Below, in pieces: positions 30,895 through 42,800 of a stretch of 64,000 nucleotides of DNA; the stretch's first letter is position 1, and each line of letters begins with the position of its first letter. Position numbers and translations under genes: made by a program. The notes beneath the pieces are model-generated. The model searched no databases, was not told the origin of the DNA, and saw only the letters and a program-made list of their open reading frames with translations. Source of the DNA: Verrucomicrobiota bacterium (GTDB taxonomy: Bacteria > Verrucomicrobiota > Verrucomicrobiia > Limisphaerales > UBA1096). The stretch is from positions 17,558-81,557 of the forward strand of contig JASMKO010000061.1 in the NCBI GenBank assembly GCA_030749225.1, read 5' to 3'.

Positions 30895-32766
30895 CTACTT
30901 CGAGTCCCTAAGGATGTGGTCAATCAGTCGGTTGGCGTAGTTTCTCATCCGTGGGTTGGCCTTGGGATCGATGCGCGCCAGTTTGCCGATGACCTCCCTG
31001 TGTGGATCAGCGTGTTTTCCGAGGAGATCCAACGCGTTGAGGGCAAGCATCGAGAGGGCGATGCCGTTTTTCGCCGGGTCGGCGTACTGCATCAGCGCCT
31101 CGGCGGCTTGTCGGGCTTCGGCTTTCCTGCCGTAACGCCCCAGTGCCTCGGCCGCAATAATTCGGACGCTTGGCGACTCGTCCCTGAGCGCGGCGATTAA
31201 TGCCCCGCGCCCATTGCGGATACCGTTTTTGCCGCGGATGAGGTAGCCCATTGAGGCCCAGTAGCGCACGGCACTGTCATCGCTCTTGATGAGTTTGGCC
31301 AGTCGCTCGGTGTTTTTTTTGCCCTTGCTTGACGCAGCGTTGGCAGCTAGGAAAATAGCATCAAAATCGTACCGGCTGTCGTCGTGGCCCATCTCGTACG
31401 GGGAGGCATCGCCGGCGCGGGAATGAATCTCGGCCTCCGGCAAAAAACCAATGTCGCGCACGTCCTTGGCCCAGTTGCGGTGGGCCTTGCGTAGGCGCTT
31501 GAGGATAGCTGCGTGTTCCTTTGATTTGGCGAGATTGCGAACTTCGTCGGGATCGGCCTCAAGGTCGTACAGTTCCTCCGCCGGCTTGGTCTGCCAAAAG
31601 ACGGACTGCGCAGCGTTGAGTTTGCCGGCACGGAACAGGTCGCGCCAGACGCGCGTGGTCGGCGTCTGGAACATATAATCGAGGTATTGCCCATACGGTT
31701 TGTGGGGCATGTAGTTGCGGATGTAAACGTGGCGTCCATCAAATACCGTACGAACCATGTCGTAACGCTCGTCCATCCGGCCGCGAAAGCCATAGCTGAA
31801 CTTTTGCGCGGGTGCCGTGTGTTGCCCCATGAATGCATGGCCCTGCATGTGCTCCGGGGGTTTGACGCCGGCGATACTGAGGAGGGTGGGGGCGAGATCG
31901 ATAAAGCCGACGAGTCGGTCCGTGCTGCCACCGGTTTTGTATTCCGGCGGGGCGAGGTGCTTGAATTTTTCCGGCACATGTACGATGAGTGGTACGTTCA
32001 GCCCGGAGAAATACGGCCACCGTTTGCTGCGTGGCATACCGGAGCCGTGGTCACCGTAGTAGAAGACAATCGTGTCGTTTGTTAGCCCGGATTCCTCAAT
32101 CTCTCTCAGGTTTTTACCCACGAGTTTGTCCATCATAGTGATGCGGTCGTAATACTGTGCCCAATCCTTACGCACCTCAGGAGTGTCGGGGTGGTAGGCA
32201 GGGAGCCGCACCATGGCTGGGTCGTGAATGCGATCTGTTGCGTTGATCTTGTTTCGAATCTGGCTCTCGTGGCTGATGGTGTGGTTGAAGATGGCGAAGA
32301 ACGGTTTGCCGTCGGGCCGGTTTTTCCAGTGCGCTTTGCGCCCGCTTTCGTTCCAGACCGGACCGACCTTCTCGAGGTTGTAATCCTCCTTGGAGTTATT
32401 CGTGCAATAGTAGCCAAGCTCGCGCAGGTAGGCCGGGTACATTTTGAATTCGGCCGGGAGGCGTGTCATGCTGCGCATATGCTCGGCCCCGGTGGCGGGT
32501 GGGTAGATCCCGGAGATGATCGTGGTTCGGGCCGGGGCGCAGACCGGCGCGGTCGAACTGGCCTTGGTGTAGCGGATGCTACGCTTGGCCAAGCGGTCGA
32601 GGTTTGGCGTGACCGCGTACGAGTCGCCGTAGCAGCCTAGGTGCGGCCCGTTGTCCTCGCTGGTGATCCAGAGAATGTTTGGCAGAGTCTGTTCTGCGCG
32701 CACCTGGCTCATGCCAAGCGCGGCCAGCAGCAAGCTCCCTTGCCCGATTTTTCGGAAAAACGACAT
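30895..32766 (-). CDS. Sulfatase with a C-terminal HEAT-repeat region
   Basis: PNILWITSEDNG, CAPAR, GDHG, DLAPT.LS and EELYDL..DP motifs; HEAT-like D....VR..A repeats. Start at 32766, or up to 32802. Confidence 0.9.
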   Translation of the reverse strand: MSFFRKIGQGSLLLAALGMSQVRAEQTLPNILWITSEDNGPHLGCYGDSYAVTPNLDRLAKRSIRYTKASSTAPVCAPARTTIISGIYPPATGAEHMRSMTRLPAEFKMYPAYLRELGYYCTNNSKEDYNLEKVGPVWNESGRKAHWKNRPDGKPFFAIFNHTISHESQIRNKINATDRIHDPAMVRLPAYHPDTPEVRKDWAQYYDRITMMDKLVGKNLREIEESGLTNDTIVFYYGDHGSGMPRSKRWPYFSGLNVPLIVHVPEKFKHLAPPEYKTGGSTDRLVGFIDLAPTLLSIAGVKPPEHMQGHAFMGQHTAPAQKFSYGFRGRMDERYDMVRTVFDGRHVYIRNYMPHKPYGQYLDYMFQTPTTRVWRDLFRAGKLNAAQSVFWQTKPAEELYDLEADPDEVRNLAKSKEHAAILKRLRKAHRNWAKDVRDIGFLPEAEIHSRAGDASPYEMGHDDSRYDFDAIFLAANAASSKGKKNTERLAKLIKSDDSAVRYWASMGYLIRGKNGIRNGRGALIAALRDESPSVRIIAAEALGRYGRKAEARQAAEALMQYADPAKNGIALSMLALNALDLLGKHADPHREVIGKLARIDPKANPRMRNYANRLIDHILRDSK

Positions 32767-33048
32767 CGGCAGAATTGAAACACCACCGACATTCATAGGC
32801 AACGGTTGAATTTCTTAGAACTGAACCAATCTGCGATGATTCTGTTTTTCTCCAACTTATTGAACAATTGGGTGTAATATCGGTCTTGATAGTTGGCTTT
32901 GCCCTGAATGGACCGGGCTCTGGTAAATCTTCCCTAATAAAAACCGATCAAGGCCGTCATGAATATGAGAGCATTGTTGAATGTCTCGAAAAGACAGCAG
33001 GACAAGCAGACTCCCATGCAGACGCGTGTGAAAGGTGCTTCCCAGTCC

Positions 33049-33597
33049 ATGAACGACCCGCAGGCTGAGACCGCTCCGAGGAAGGAGGCGATCGAGGAGG
33101 TGTTTCGCCAATGCGAATCACCGCTGTTGGCGTATGCCATTAAGATGGTGCAGGACGGGGAACAGGCGCAGGAGATTGTGCAGGAGGCGTTCGCGCGCCT
33201 GCACGCCGCCTACGCTGAGGTGAGCGTGCCAAGGCCGTGGTTGTACCGCACGGTATTCAACCTGGCCATGACGCATCATCGCGAGCGCCAGAAGGTAGTG
33301 CCCGTCGGGTTCGCCCCGGAGGAGACTCATGGTGCGGAGCCGCCGACATCACCCGCACCGGACGAGAGGATGGTGCGGATGGAGGCCGTGGCCCAGGCGC
33401 GCGCCTGCATTGAGCAACTGGATGACCGGAGTCAGCAACTGGTTCGGCTGAGATTCGAGGACGGGCTCTCTTATAAACAAATGAGTGAGCGCACCGGCCT
33501 GACGGTGACCAATGTGGGGTACATCCTTCACACGTCGCTGAGGAAACTTGCCACCGCGCTGAAACGATCTGGATACATCCATGAGCGACTCTACTGA
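33049..33597 (+). CDS. ECF sigma-70 factor
   Basis: Region 2 AQEIVQEAF..L...PWLYRTV.NL and region 4 RF.DGLSYKQMSE.TGL...NV..IL. Upstream in-frame starts exist (32959). Confidence 0.9.
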   Translation: MNDPQAETAPRKEAIEEVFRQCESPLLAYAIKMVQDGEQAQEIVQEAFARLHAAYAEVSVPRPWLYRTVFNLAMTHHRERQKVVPVGFAPEETHGAEPPTSPAPDERMVRMEAVAQARACIEQLDDRSQQLVRLRFEDGLSYKQMSERTGLTVTNVGYILHTSLRKLATALKRSGYIHERLY

Positions 33598-36500
33598 ACA
33601 CAAACCGAAACCGTTTCGCGAGCAACTTGAGGCGCGCGTTGTCGCGATGCTGCTGGGCGAGGCCAGCCCATTCGAGGAGGAGCAATTACGCGAGCAACTG
33701 AAGACCGACGCCGCCTTGACAAAGTTCTGCGCCGAGATCGAACAGACACTGCCGCTACTCAACGAGGCACTCGATGTTGGCCAAGCACCAAAAGCCAAGT
33801 CGCCGAAATCGCGTCTGGCTGGCAAGCGGCGCAGCAAGTTGAAGCAGCTTTTTCGGAGCAAGCCTGGCTTTGTTAAGCGCGATATTGTGCGGCTTGATTT
33901 CCGCAAGGCCTTGGCCATCGCCGCCGCCGTGTGTGCGGTGCTGTTTGTCACCGCCGGTTTGCTCCTGCCGAGCTTGGCTAAGTCCAAGGACGGGTTGGTT
34001 GTGGCGGCAAACAGTAAACCGGTTGAGCAGTTTGGGGAACGCGTTGAGACAGAGGAGAAGTTGCGAGCGGACGTCGCGGGTGTTGGAAACTATGCCCGTG
34101 TCAAGGGAGTGCAGGTCGCCAACGAGAGGAGAGCAACCGATCAGACGGTGCCGTCGTCCGAAAGTGCTCCCTCGCCCTCCCGGGATCATATCAGTGGGAA
34201 GGTGGATTTTTTGGCGGGCAGTATCGAGGAGGATAGCGAGGGCACGGTGCTGTACGATGAGTCGGGTGAGGAGGCCGCGCCACTGCTTGCCGAGGGGGAT
34301 CGCTCGACTGCCGCAACCGAGGTGACACCCGCGCGGGGCAAACCCGATGGCGGCCGCAGTGTGGGCCGCGCCCGCAATCGCCCCCAGATTGCGTCGAAGA
34401 GGGAGCTTGCGGATCTGGCACTGCCGGTAGGCACGGGCGGCATGGGCATGGGAGGGGGTGGTTTTGTCCTCGATGCGCACGCGGACGGCCTCGCTGTGGG
34501 GCAGCCGGTGAACAATAGCGGAGTTGCGGCGGGACCGGTTTCCGGTGGGGTCGCTGGCGCTCCCTTTTCGGGACTTGATGCCGATCGCGACGGGGAAGCG
34601 GGGGAGGACGGCAAACTCTACGGCTTTGGGGGAGGCCAGGCGGCTCGGGATTCGGACAAGACACTGGGTGCGAAGGGCACCCGCAAATACTCCGGCCGTT
34701 CCGCCCTGGAGTCGCCCGAGGGCGAGTCGGTGGTGCTTGGCCAAGCGTTCAACATAGCCGCCGGCGACGAGGTGGAGAGCGAGTCGCTCAATGGACAGAA
34801 TGTGCGCTGGTTTGCGGCGGACAAATCAACGCCGTTCGGGAAAAGCTTGGAACGAGATCAATCCGGTGCAGAGGTGCTTTACTTTCAGAGCGAATCAATT
34901 CTGGCAGAGGCTGGGGCACCGGTGGGGGGGGCAGTTGCGCTGGGTGTCGTCCTGGACGATGAAGTTGCGAAGGAGAGCGGCCAGGCGGAGGTGCTGACGT
35001 TGGGCGAGGTCCCGACGCTCGGACGGATGTTCAAAAAAAGGGCCGAACTGGAGAAGGCAACCGATGATCTGTCAGTGGTGCAAATGGAACGGAGCGCCGA
35101 CACAAAGGCACCCAGTGAAAGGGGCCGCACTTCAGGCGAGTCCGCCCGCCAAAGCCAGTACTTGGCCAAGCAGGACAAGGACGTGCTGGCCGAGTCGCCG
35201 GCGCTCGGGAGCGATCGGCAGCAGCGGTTGGCGGAGAAACATACCGACAAGAGGCGCAAGAGCCAGTCGACGCGGCAGCCGAAGTCTTCCATCACGGCCA
35301 ACCGGGAGTTGCTGCGGCGCAAGGGCAAACCGGCCGCCAACAAGAAATTGCCGACGCCCGCGGCAAAGCCGCAGAGCGCCAGCAGATCGTCCCGGTTGCC
35401 AGAGGCCAAGCGGGAGGAAAAACAACTCGTTGAGAAACTCAAGGATGCGAAACTGCCGGCCAAGTCGCCCACGCCGTCGGTCGTGTACACGCCACGCCCG
35501 GAGACGGTCACCGCCGAGAACAATTTCTCCACCTTCTCGCTGAACGTCAGCGACGTGTCGTTCAAGATCGCTCTCGCCAGTCTGCAGGCCGACAAGCTGC
35601 CGGCCCCGGCCAACGTGCGCAGCGAGGAGTTTTTGAACTCGCTTGAGTATCGCGACCCGATGCCGCGCGCCGGCGAGCCGCTGGCCTTTCACTGGGAACG
35701 CGCGCGGTCGCCATTCGCGCATGACCGCGATTTCATCCGGTTTTCCGTTCGCACCGCCGCGCTTGGCCGCCAGCGGGGGCGCGCGGTCAACCTGGTATGC
35801 CTGCTGGACAACTCCGGCTCGATGGAGCGCGAGGATCGCGTGAGCATCGTGCAGCAGGCACTTGATGTGCTGGCCCGCAAGTTGACGCCAAGCGACCGTG
35901 TCAGCCTGATCACGTTCTCACGCACGCCGGAGTTGCGCGCCGACGGTATGCGCGGCGGCAACCGCGAGGCATTCTTGAAGAAGGCAAGTGGCTGGATTCC
36001 GCAGGGCGGTACGCACGTCGAAAAGGCGCTCGCGTTGGCATACGAAACGGCGAAAAAAAACTTCATCCGCGGCGGCAACAACCGCGTGATTTTGCTCACC
36101 GACGGCGCGGCGAACATGGGCAACGTCGATCCTTACCAGCTCCGCAAGACCGTGGAGAGCCACCGCAAACAGGGCATCGCGCTAGACTGCTTCGGCATCG
36201 GCTGGGAGGGCTACAACGACAACCTGCTCGAGGTACTCGCTCGGAACGGCGACGGGCGGTACGGCTTTTTGAACCAGCCGGCCCAGGCGGTTGCCGAGTT
36301 TGAGCAGAAACTGCTCGGTGCATTTCAGGTCGCTGCCTCGGACGTGAAGGTGCAGGTCGAGTGGAATGCTGATCGGGTGAGAGTGTTCCGTCAGGTCGGC
36401 TATCTTCGGCACCAGCTGAAGAAGGAGGATTTCCGCAACAACAAGATCGACGCGGCGGAGATCAGCGCCGCCGAGTCGGGCAACGCACTGTACGTTGTGC

Positions 36501-36826
36501 AGGTGAACCCGGACGGCGAGGGGCCGCTGGGCGTGGTGCGCGTGCGCTACAAGGTGCCGTTTGCGAGCGAGTACACCGAGATGGAGTGGAGCCTTGCCTA
36601 CGAGTCGGCCGCGACACCGCTGGAGCAGGCCGGCCCGGCGATGCGCCTGGGTAGTGTGGCGGCGACATTCGCCGAGTGGTTGGCGGAGAACCCCTACGCG
36701 CAGGGCGTGCAGTTGGCCGATTTGCAGGGGTTGATTTCCGGCATTCCGTCAATCTACGGCACCGACCCCCGGCCGACCCAGCTCGAGTGGATGATCAACA
36801 AGGCGCGCATCCTAGCCGGGAATTGA
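33581..36826 (+). CDS. Membrane-anchored anti-sigma-like / vWA (YfbK-type, DUF3520) protein
   Basis: N-terminal EARVVAMLLGEAS..EE..L helix bundle, one TM helix and a long low-complexity linker, then STFSL.V..VSF, VRSEEFLN, MIDAS DNSGSM, NRVILLTDG and DVK.QVE.N...GY..L..EDF motifs. Confidence 0.85.
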   Translation: MSDSTEHKPKPFREQLEARVVAMLLGEASPFEEEQLREQLKTDAALTKFCAEIEQTLPLLNEALDVGQAPKAKSPKSRLAGKRRSKLKQLFRSKPGFVKRDIVRLDFRKALAIAAAVCAVLFVTAGLLLPSLAKSKDGLVVAANSKPVEQFGERVETEEKLRADVAGVGNYARVKGVQVANERRATDQTVPSSESAPSPSRDHISGKVDFLAGSIEEDSEGTVLYDESGEEAAPLLAEGDRSTAATEVTPARGKPDGGRSVGRARNRPQIASKRELADLALPVGTGGMGMGGGGFVLDAHADGLAVGQPVNNSGVAAGPVSGGVAGAPFSGLDADRDGEAGEDGKLYGFGGGQAARDSDKTLGAKGTRKYSGRSALESPEGESVVLGQAFNIAAGDEVESESLNGQNVRWFAADKSTPFGKSLERDQSGAEVLYFQSESILAEAGAPVGGAVALGVVLDDEVAKESGQAEVLTLGEVPTLGRMFKKRAELEKATDDLSVVQMERSADTKAPSERGRTSGESARQSQYLAKQDKDVLAESPALGSDRQQRLAEKHTDKRRKSQSTRQPKSSITANRELLRRKGKPAANKKLPTPAAKPQSASRSSRLPEAKREEKQLVEKLKDAKLPAKSPTPSVVYTPRPETVTAENNFSTFSLNVSDVSFKIALASLQADKLPAPANVRSEEFLNSLEYRDPMPRAGEPLAFHWERARSPFAHDRDFIRFSVRTAALGRQRGRAVNLVCLLDNSGSMEREDRVSIVQQALDVLARKLTPSDRVSLITFSRTPELRADGMRGGNREAFLKKASGWIPQGGTHVEKALALAYETAKKNFIRGGNNRVILLTDGAANMGNVDPYQLRKTVESHRKQGIALDCFGIGWEGYNDNLLEVLARNGDGRYGFLNQPAQAVAEFEQKLLGAFQVAASDVKVQVEWNADRVRVFRQVGYLRHQLKKEDFRNNKIDAAEISAAESGNALYVVQVNPDGEGPLGVVRVRYKVPFASEYTEMEWSLAYESAATPLEQAGPAMRLGSVAATFAEWLAENPYAQGVQLADLQGLISGIPSIYGTDPRPTQLEWMINKARILAGN

Positions 36827-36851
36827 TTTTAAAATAAAACGATATAAAACA

Positions 36852-39800
36852 ATGAATTGCTCAATAAAAAAAATTGGAATCACCGGAGTGATGCTTGCTC
36901 TTGGCCAAGCGGCAGAACCGTCCGCCGTCGAGGTGGACAAACTCAAGATAAACGGCGAGGTCGACGGCGAGAAAGCCGGCTTCGTCATCACCGGCGATTT
37001 CAAGCCACGAAAGCCGGAGGAGGAAAAGGAGAAGCTGATCTACTCGGCACGCACCGAGAACCGCATCACGCATCGCCGAGGCCAGACGGAGCAGAACATC
37101 AGCGGCACGGTGAAAATCCTGCAGGGCGAGACGAAGGAGCTGCGTTTCGCTGTGAATGGCAAGGGGAAACTGGTTTCCGCCAAGAGCGAGCAGGCGATCG
37201 AGTGGGGGCTGCGCAACGACAAGAGTGGCCAGCGTTATTTCGTGCTGTGGTTCGATCCCGAGAAACCGACCAGGGGTGAGGTGAAATTCACGGCGCACTT
37301 TCGCAACACGCACGCGCAGGCCAAGGCGGCATTGAACGCGATCAGCCTCTCGCCACAGGGTCAGGCGGTGCTCAACGCCGGGCTTATCAACGTCGCCACC
37401 GCGGCCGGCTACGACCTGGCGATCACCAAGGCCAACGGCGTGACCCGCGTGACCAAGGGGCTTGAACAAGCGTCGCCCAAGTCATCACCATCATACAGCT
37501 TCCAGTTCAGCGACACCACGCCCGAGGTGGCCTTTAGCACGACCGAATCGGATCCGGATGCCGACCGTATTTTCTTCGATGGGTTTGACTTGAAAGGGCG
37601 CCTGGCTGACGGCGTGGCGGCGTTCTCGCTGAAGGGCCGCGTCGAGGTGCGACACTCGAAGGGCGGCAGGCTGCCGGTCGTGTTCGGCGGCGCTGCGCTG
37701 GCGTCGATCCCGGCGACAAAAGATTACAAGGTCGGTTTTTCTGGCGAGACCTATACGCTGGAGTTCGCCAAGGGCGGCACGTATCCGGTCAATCTCGAGT
37801 TTCACGCGCGCATTGCCGAGAAGGACAGCTGGAACAACATCGATTTTGGCGTCGTGCCGTCGGCGCTGCGGCCGGTGAAGCTGAGCGGTTGGCCAAGCGC
37901 AATTTCGTTCGACGTCAAGTCGGCCTCGAAGCCGGTCGTCAAGGACGGGGTTTACGACCTGTTCCTCACGCCGCGCGACCGACTGTCGGTCCGCTGGAAG
38001 GAAACCAAGCCGGTGGTGATCCCGAAGCTGTTCTACTCGGCGGAGGCGGCGGTGCACATCGCCGTCGGCGCGGGGCTGGCCCGGCAGATTAACCATTTCG
38101 ATTACCGCGTGATGCAGGGGCGGATGAGCACCCTCGAGCTGGACTTGATCGGGGACGGCGAGGTGGTCAGCGTCAACGGGCGGAACATCCTGAACTGGAG
38201 CATCAAGAAACAGGAGGACGGACGGCGGCTCGTGGTGAAGCTCAATAGACAGCAGACCGCCAACTACAATCTCGTGGTGCGGACACAGACTCCGCTGGGT
38301 GCGTTCCCGGTGCGCTTCCATCCCCTTCGCCTGGTGCCGGTTAACCCGGTGCGGTACGGAGGCCACCTGCGGCTGGTCAACAACGGCGCCGTGCAGCTCG
38401 AGCCGGTGAGCGTGGACGGCCTGTCGCAGCTCTCGGCCAACCGTTTCCCCGCCGCCAGCTCGATCGCTGCGCCGGCGAACAACCCCAAGCTCAAGCCGTT
38501 GGTGTACCGCTACTCGGGCGGCGACTACGAGTTGGAGGTACTTGCCGACAACATTCTGCCGGAGCTGACCGTTTCGCAGCTGTTGGTCTACCAGCTTGGC
38601 TTCAACGAGATCACGCTTGACGCCGAGGTTGACCTCGAGATTCGAGATGCGCCGCTGCGGGAGTTCACAATTCGCATCCCGGACGGCTACACGGTGGCGC
38701 AACTGACAGCGGCCGCGTTGGCAGATTACTTCCTCGGCCCGGCGGAGAACGGCCAGCGTCCCCTGCGGCTGGTGTTCTCCCGGCCGCTCGAAGGGCGGCA
38801 TTTGATCCAGCTACGGCTGGAGCAAAACCAGGCGATCAAGGGGGACACATGGACGATCCCGCGGCTGGACTACGTGCAGGTCAAGTCCTTTCGCGGGTTT
38901 GTCGGTGTGTCGGCCTCCCCGGGACTGCGGCTGGTGCCTGCTGCGGTGAAGGACGTGAACGAGATCGCCGTCGTCTTTTTCCCAAAAAAAATACCGGGAC
39001 TGCAGGCGGCCTATCGCATCAAGGAAACTGGCTGGGAGGCGAACCTCGGCGTCGAGCGGATGGAACTGGAACTGCAGGTTGATGCGCTGCACCTCTACTC
39101 GATCGGGCAGGGGATCGTGTACGGCAGCTCGGTGCTCAACTACCTGATCGGCGGCAAGCCGGTAAGCGAGTTGAAGGTGCTGGTACCGGCCGACTACGCC
39201 AACGTGGAATTTGTTGGCCGCGACGTGCGCAACTGGAAGCTCGACGAGGCGGCCGACAACAGCCTCACCAATTCGTACACAGTCTACTTCCAGTCCACGG
39301 TGTTTGGCGACTACACGCTGCTGGCTACCTTCGAACGGCAGTTCAACCCGGAGGGCGAGACGCTGGCGTTCAACGGGGTGCGCCCGGTGGATGTGCAGTC
39401 CGAGGCTGGTTACTCGATCCTGATCGGCAAGGAGCGGTTCGAGCAGTCGCAACCCGGGGTGGAGGGGGAGCTGATCGCGCTCGAGCCGTCGGAAATTCCG
39501 GAGGAGTACCGGCTGCTTTTCGACGCACCCATTCTGGCAGCGTACCAGTACTCGGGCGGCGGATTCACGCTCGACAAGCGTCTCAAGCCATTGAACCGGC
39601 AGGAGTCGCTGGAGCAGGTGGGAGACCGGGCGGCGTTCTCGACGCAGGTTTCCAACGACGGCCAGGCGGTGACCACCGCGACATACTTTTTGAAGAACCG
39701 CGGCCATGCCCATTTCGAGGTGGCACTGGAGAAGGAGGTTGATCTTTGGGAGGCCAAGGTAGCCGGCAGGCGGGTGATCCCGATCACGCAGGGTGAAACG

Positions 39801-42800
39801 ATCCTCGTGCCGCTGCCCAAGGGGCAAAACCCGAACGACCCGATTGAGGTGTCGCTCAAGTTCGCGCCCAAGGCGTCGGACGATGGTGAGGTGCGCGTGA
39901 CACTGCCGAAAGTCAGCTCGCCGCTGCTGCTGGCCAAGTGGAACGTGACGCCGGATCCGGACTACCGGCTGGAGTTCGTGGCTGGCAGCGTCAAGCAGAC
40001 GAACGAGCGGCAGGACTTGAGCGGATTCGCCCTATTGAAACGGGGCGATTTGCGCCTGGCATTCTTGATCGCCGGCTTGGCGGCGTTTGTCGGGGGCTTG
40101 CTCGTTCGCTGTGGCACCCGCACCGGTCGTCACCGCTGGGATTGGCAGAATGTGCTGGGGCAGCTCCTTGGCTGGACCCTGATGCTGGGGTCGCTGATTT
40201 TACTGGGATTCGTGGCGGCCTATGCCGCTGGGCAGTCATTGCATGTTGAGCCGGGGTTGGTGTTCACCTCGTCGGTACTCAAGGCCAGCGAGGTGTTGTC
40301 AATCACAGTGAACAATCTCGAAGTCGACGCTGCGCTGTACTCGTTTACTATTTTCCTTCCGGCCGTGGTGGGCATCGGGATATGGGTGTACCGCTTCAAG
40401 TCGGACGACGATGTGGTGCACAGGGGCGGCCTGCTGGTCGGTTGGTTGTTCATCGCCTGGACGACGCTGCTGGTACCCAATGGCGTTCACTGCTTTGCCG
40501 GGCTGGTTATCCTGTTTGTGCTGGTGCACGTCGCTTGGCCAAGCATTGCCGTCCAGATCAACCTGCCGGCCAAGGCGCCGAAACCACCGGCTCCGGTAAA
40601 GCCAACGGAAGGCGCCGCGCCCGCCGTGACCGCCACGACAGCGATCCTGCTTGGCCTGTTTTTGAGTTCCGGCACCGCGCTTGCCCAAGCGGCCAAGCCG
40701 GATGGCGGGCGGTTGCTCTCCATGGTACAAAGCGGCCAGGCGGCCAACAGCCGCGTGACGCTCACCGGGACGCTCAAATGGGAGGCCAAGGCCGGCAGCC
40801 GCATCCAGTTCCTGTCTGCGCCGGCAGTGCTCAAGAGCATCGATCTAAAGGACGGCAAACTGAAGCTGGCACAGTTCACCGCCGGCAAGGCGACATCACA
40901 GCAGATCATTGCCAACGAGGCGGGCGAGTACGACGTCGATTTTGAGTATGAGACACGCATGACACAGGTCAACGGCATGTGGGGCTTCAGTGTGCCGACA
41001 CAGCCGGCGATGGTGAACCGGTTGTCGCTCGAAATGCGCGGGCAGGAAATCGAGGTTACCTCGCCGGATGCCGTGTCGCTGAAACACACCTTCACAAAAG
41101 ATAGGATCAACAAGGTCGACCTGGTTTTGCCGCCCAAGCCGGGTGCGCGCGTCAACTGGAAGCCCAAGGCGCGCGATGAGAGCATCGAGAAGCCAGTCTT
41201 CTACGCGGAGTTCCAGCAGCTCTTCATCCCGACCGCCGGGATCGTCGCGGGCGTGCACGACCTCAAGGTGCGCCTGGCCCAGGGGCAGTTGAGCGAGTTA
41301 TCCATCGTCGTGCCGGACGGCATCACGGTGACGGATGTCACCTCGAAGCTCGTTGCCTCGTGGCGATTCGACCCTGAGACTGGGACGCTGCAAATTCAGT
41401 TTGCCGCGCCGCAAAAGGCGTCGTTCGATCTTCAGGTGCGTTCGCAGCAGTCAGCCGGGGCATTCCCGTACGAAAAGACGCTTGGCCTGCTCGGCGTGAA
41501 TGGCGCGGCGGGCGAACTGGGTCTCGCCGCCCTCGGCACCGGGTCCGAGGTGCAACTGGACAGCGCCTCGGTGGATGGCCTCGCGCCGATCAACCTCGAG
41601 GATTTCCCGGCGGCGATGGCCCAGTCGGTGCAGAGCGAGTTTGCCGGGTTGACCGTGCGCCGTGCCTACCGGTACTCAGGCCGCGCTGCAGGCCTGACGC
41701 TCAATGCCTCGGCAGTTCAACCGGATATCCGCGTGACGAGCAACCAGCGACTGTCACTCGGGGAGGACCGGAGCGTACTGTTGGTGAACCTCGCCGCCCA
41801 AGTCACCCGCGCCGGTGTATTCAAGTTGAGCTTTGCCTTGCCGACTGGACTTGAGATTGAGTCGATCACCGGTAACGCGCTGAGCCACTGGACGGACATC
41901 AAGGATGGCGACGACACGATTGTGATGCTGCATCTCAAGGGCAAGACCGAGGGCAACGCAAAGTTTCAGGTGAACCTCGCCGGGGCTGGACTCGAGAAGA
42001 CCGAGAGCTGGCAGGTGCCGCGCGTGGCGATCCGCGAGGCGACCAAGGAGAGCGGCCAGTTGTTCATCATCCCTGAGCAGGGCATCCGCGTGTACATGAA
42101 GGATCGCGAGGGCGTGTCGCAACTCGATCCCAAGCAGGCCGGCATCCGCGACCGGGGGGTGCTGGCATTCCGCCTGTTGCAGGGAGACTGGACGCTGTCG
42201 TTCGACGTCGAGCGAGTGGATCCGTGGATCCAGGCGGTGTTCCTGCAGGATGCCTCCATCCGGCAGGGCACGGTCAAGTATCGCGGCGTGCTGGAGTACC
42301 AGATCGAGAACACCAGTGTGAAGACCCTGCGCGTGGCGCTGCCGGAAGCGGCAGAAGGCGTCGGTTTCAGCGGCGATCAGGTTATCGACTTCGTCAAGGA
42401 CGCCGCCGCCGAGGATGGTCGCGCGGTGTGGGAGGTGAAACTTGACCGGCGCATGATCGGCAAGTACCAGCTCACCGTGTCGTACCAGGTTCCGTTGGCC
42501 AAGGACGCCATCGGGCAGCCGGTGGAGGTGCGGAGCCTGCAGGCGGTCGATGTGAATCTGCAACGCGGATTCATCAGCGTGCGCACTGAGGGCCGCATCC
42601 TGCTCCAGTCGGGATCGGCGCCGGACGGGCTGTACAGTGTCGAGTGGAGCCAGGTGCCCCGCTCGCTCAAGAGCGCGCTCAATCTCGAGGAGACGCAGTT
42701 AGTCTACCGCTCCGTCAAGCCAGCAACGCTGAGTGTCACCGCCCAGAACCAGGATATTGCCGAGGTTGTGGCGGCGCAGGTGGTCAGTGCCAAGTTCCGT

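Noticed and set aside
37491-39827. Long antisense ORFs (436 aa and 338 aa; also 33755-34744 and 41754-42563)
   Set aside because: These are shadow ORFs expected opposite high-GC3 genes. They have no motifs and fully overlap well-supported CDSs.
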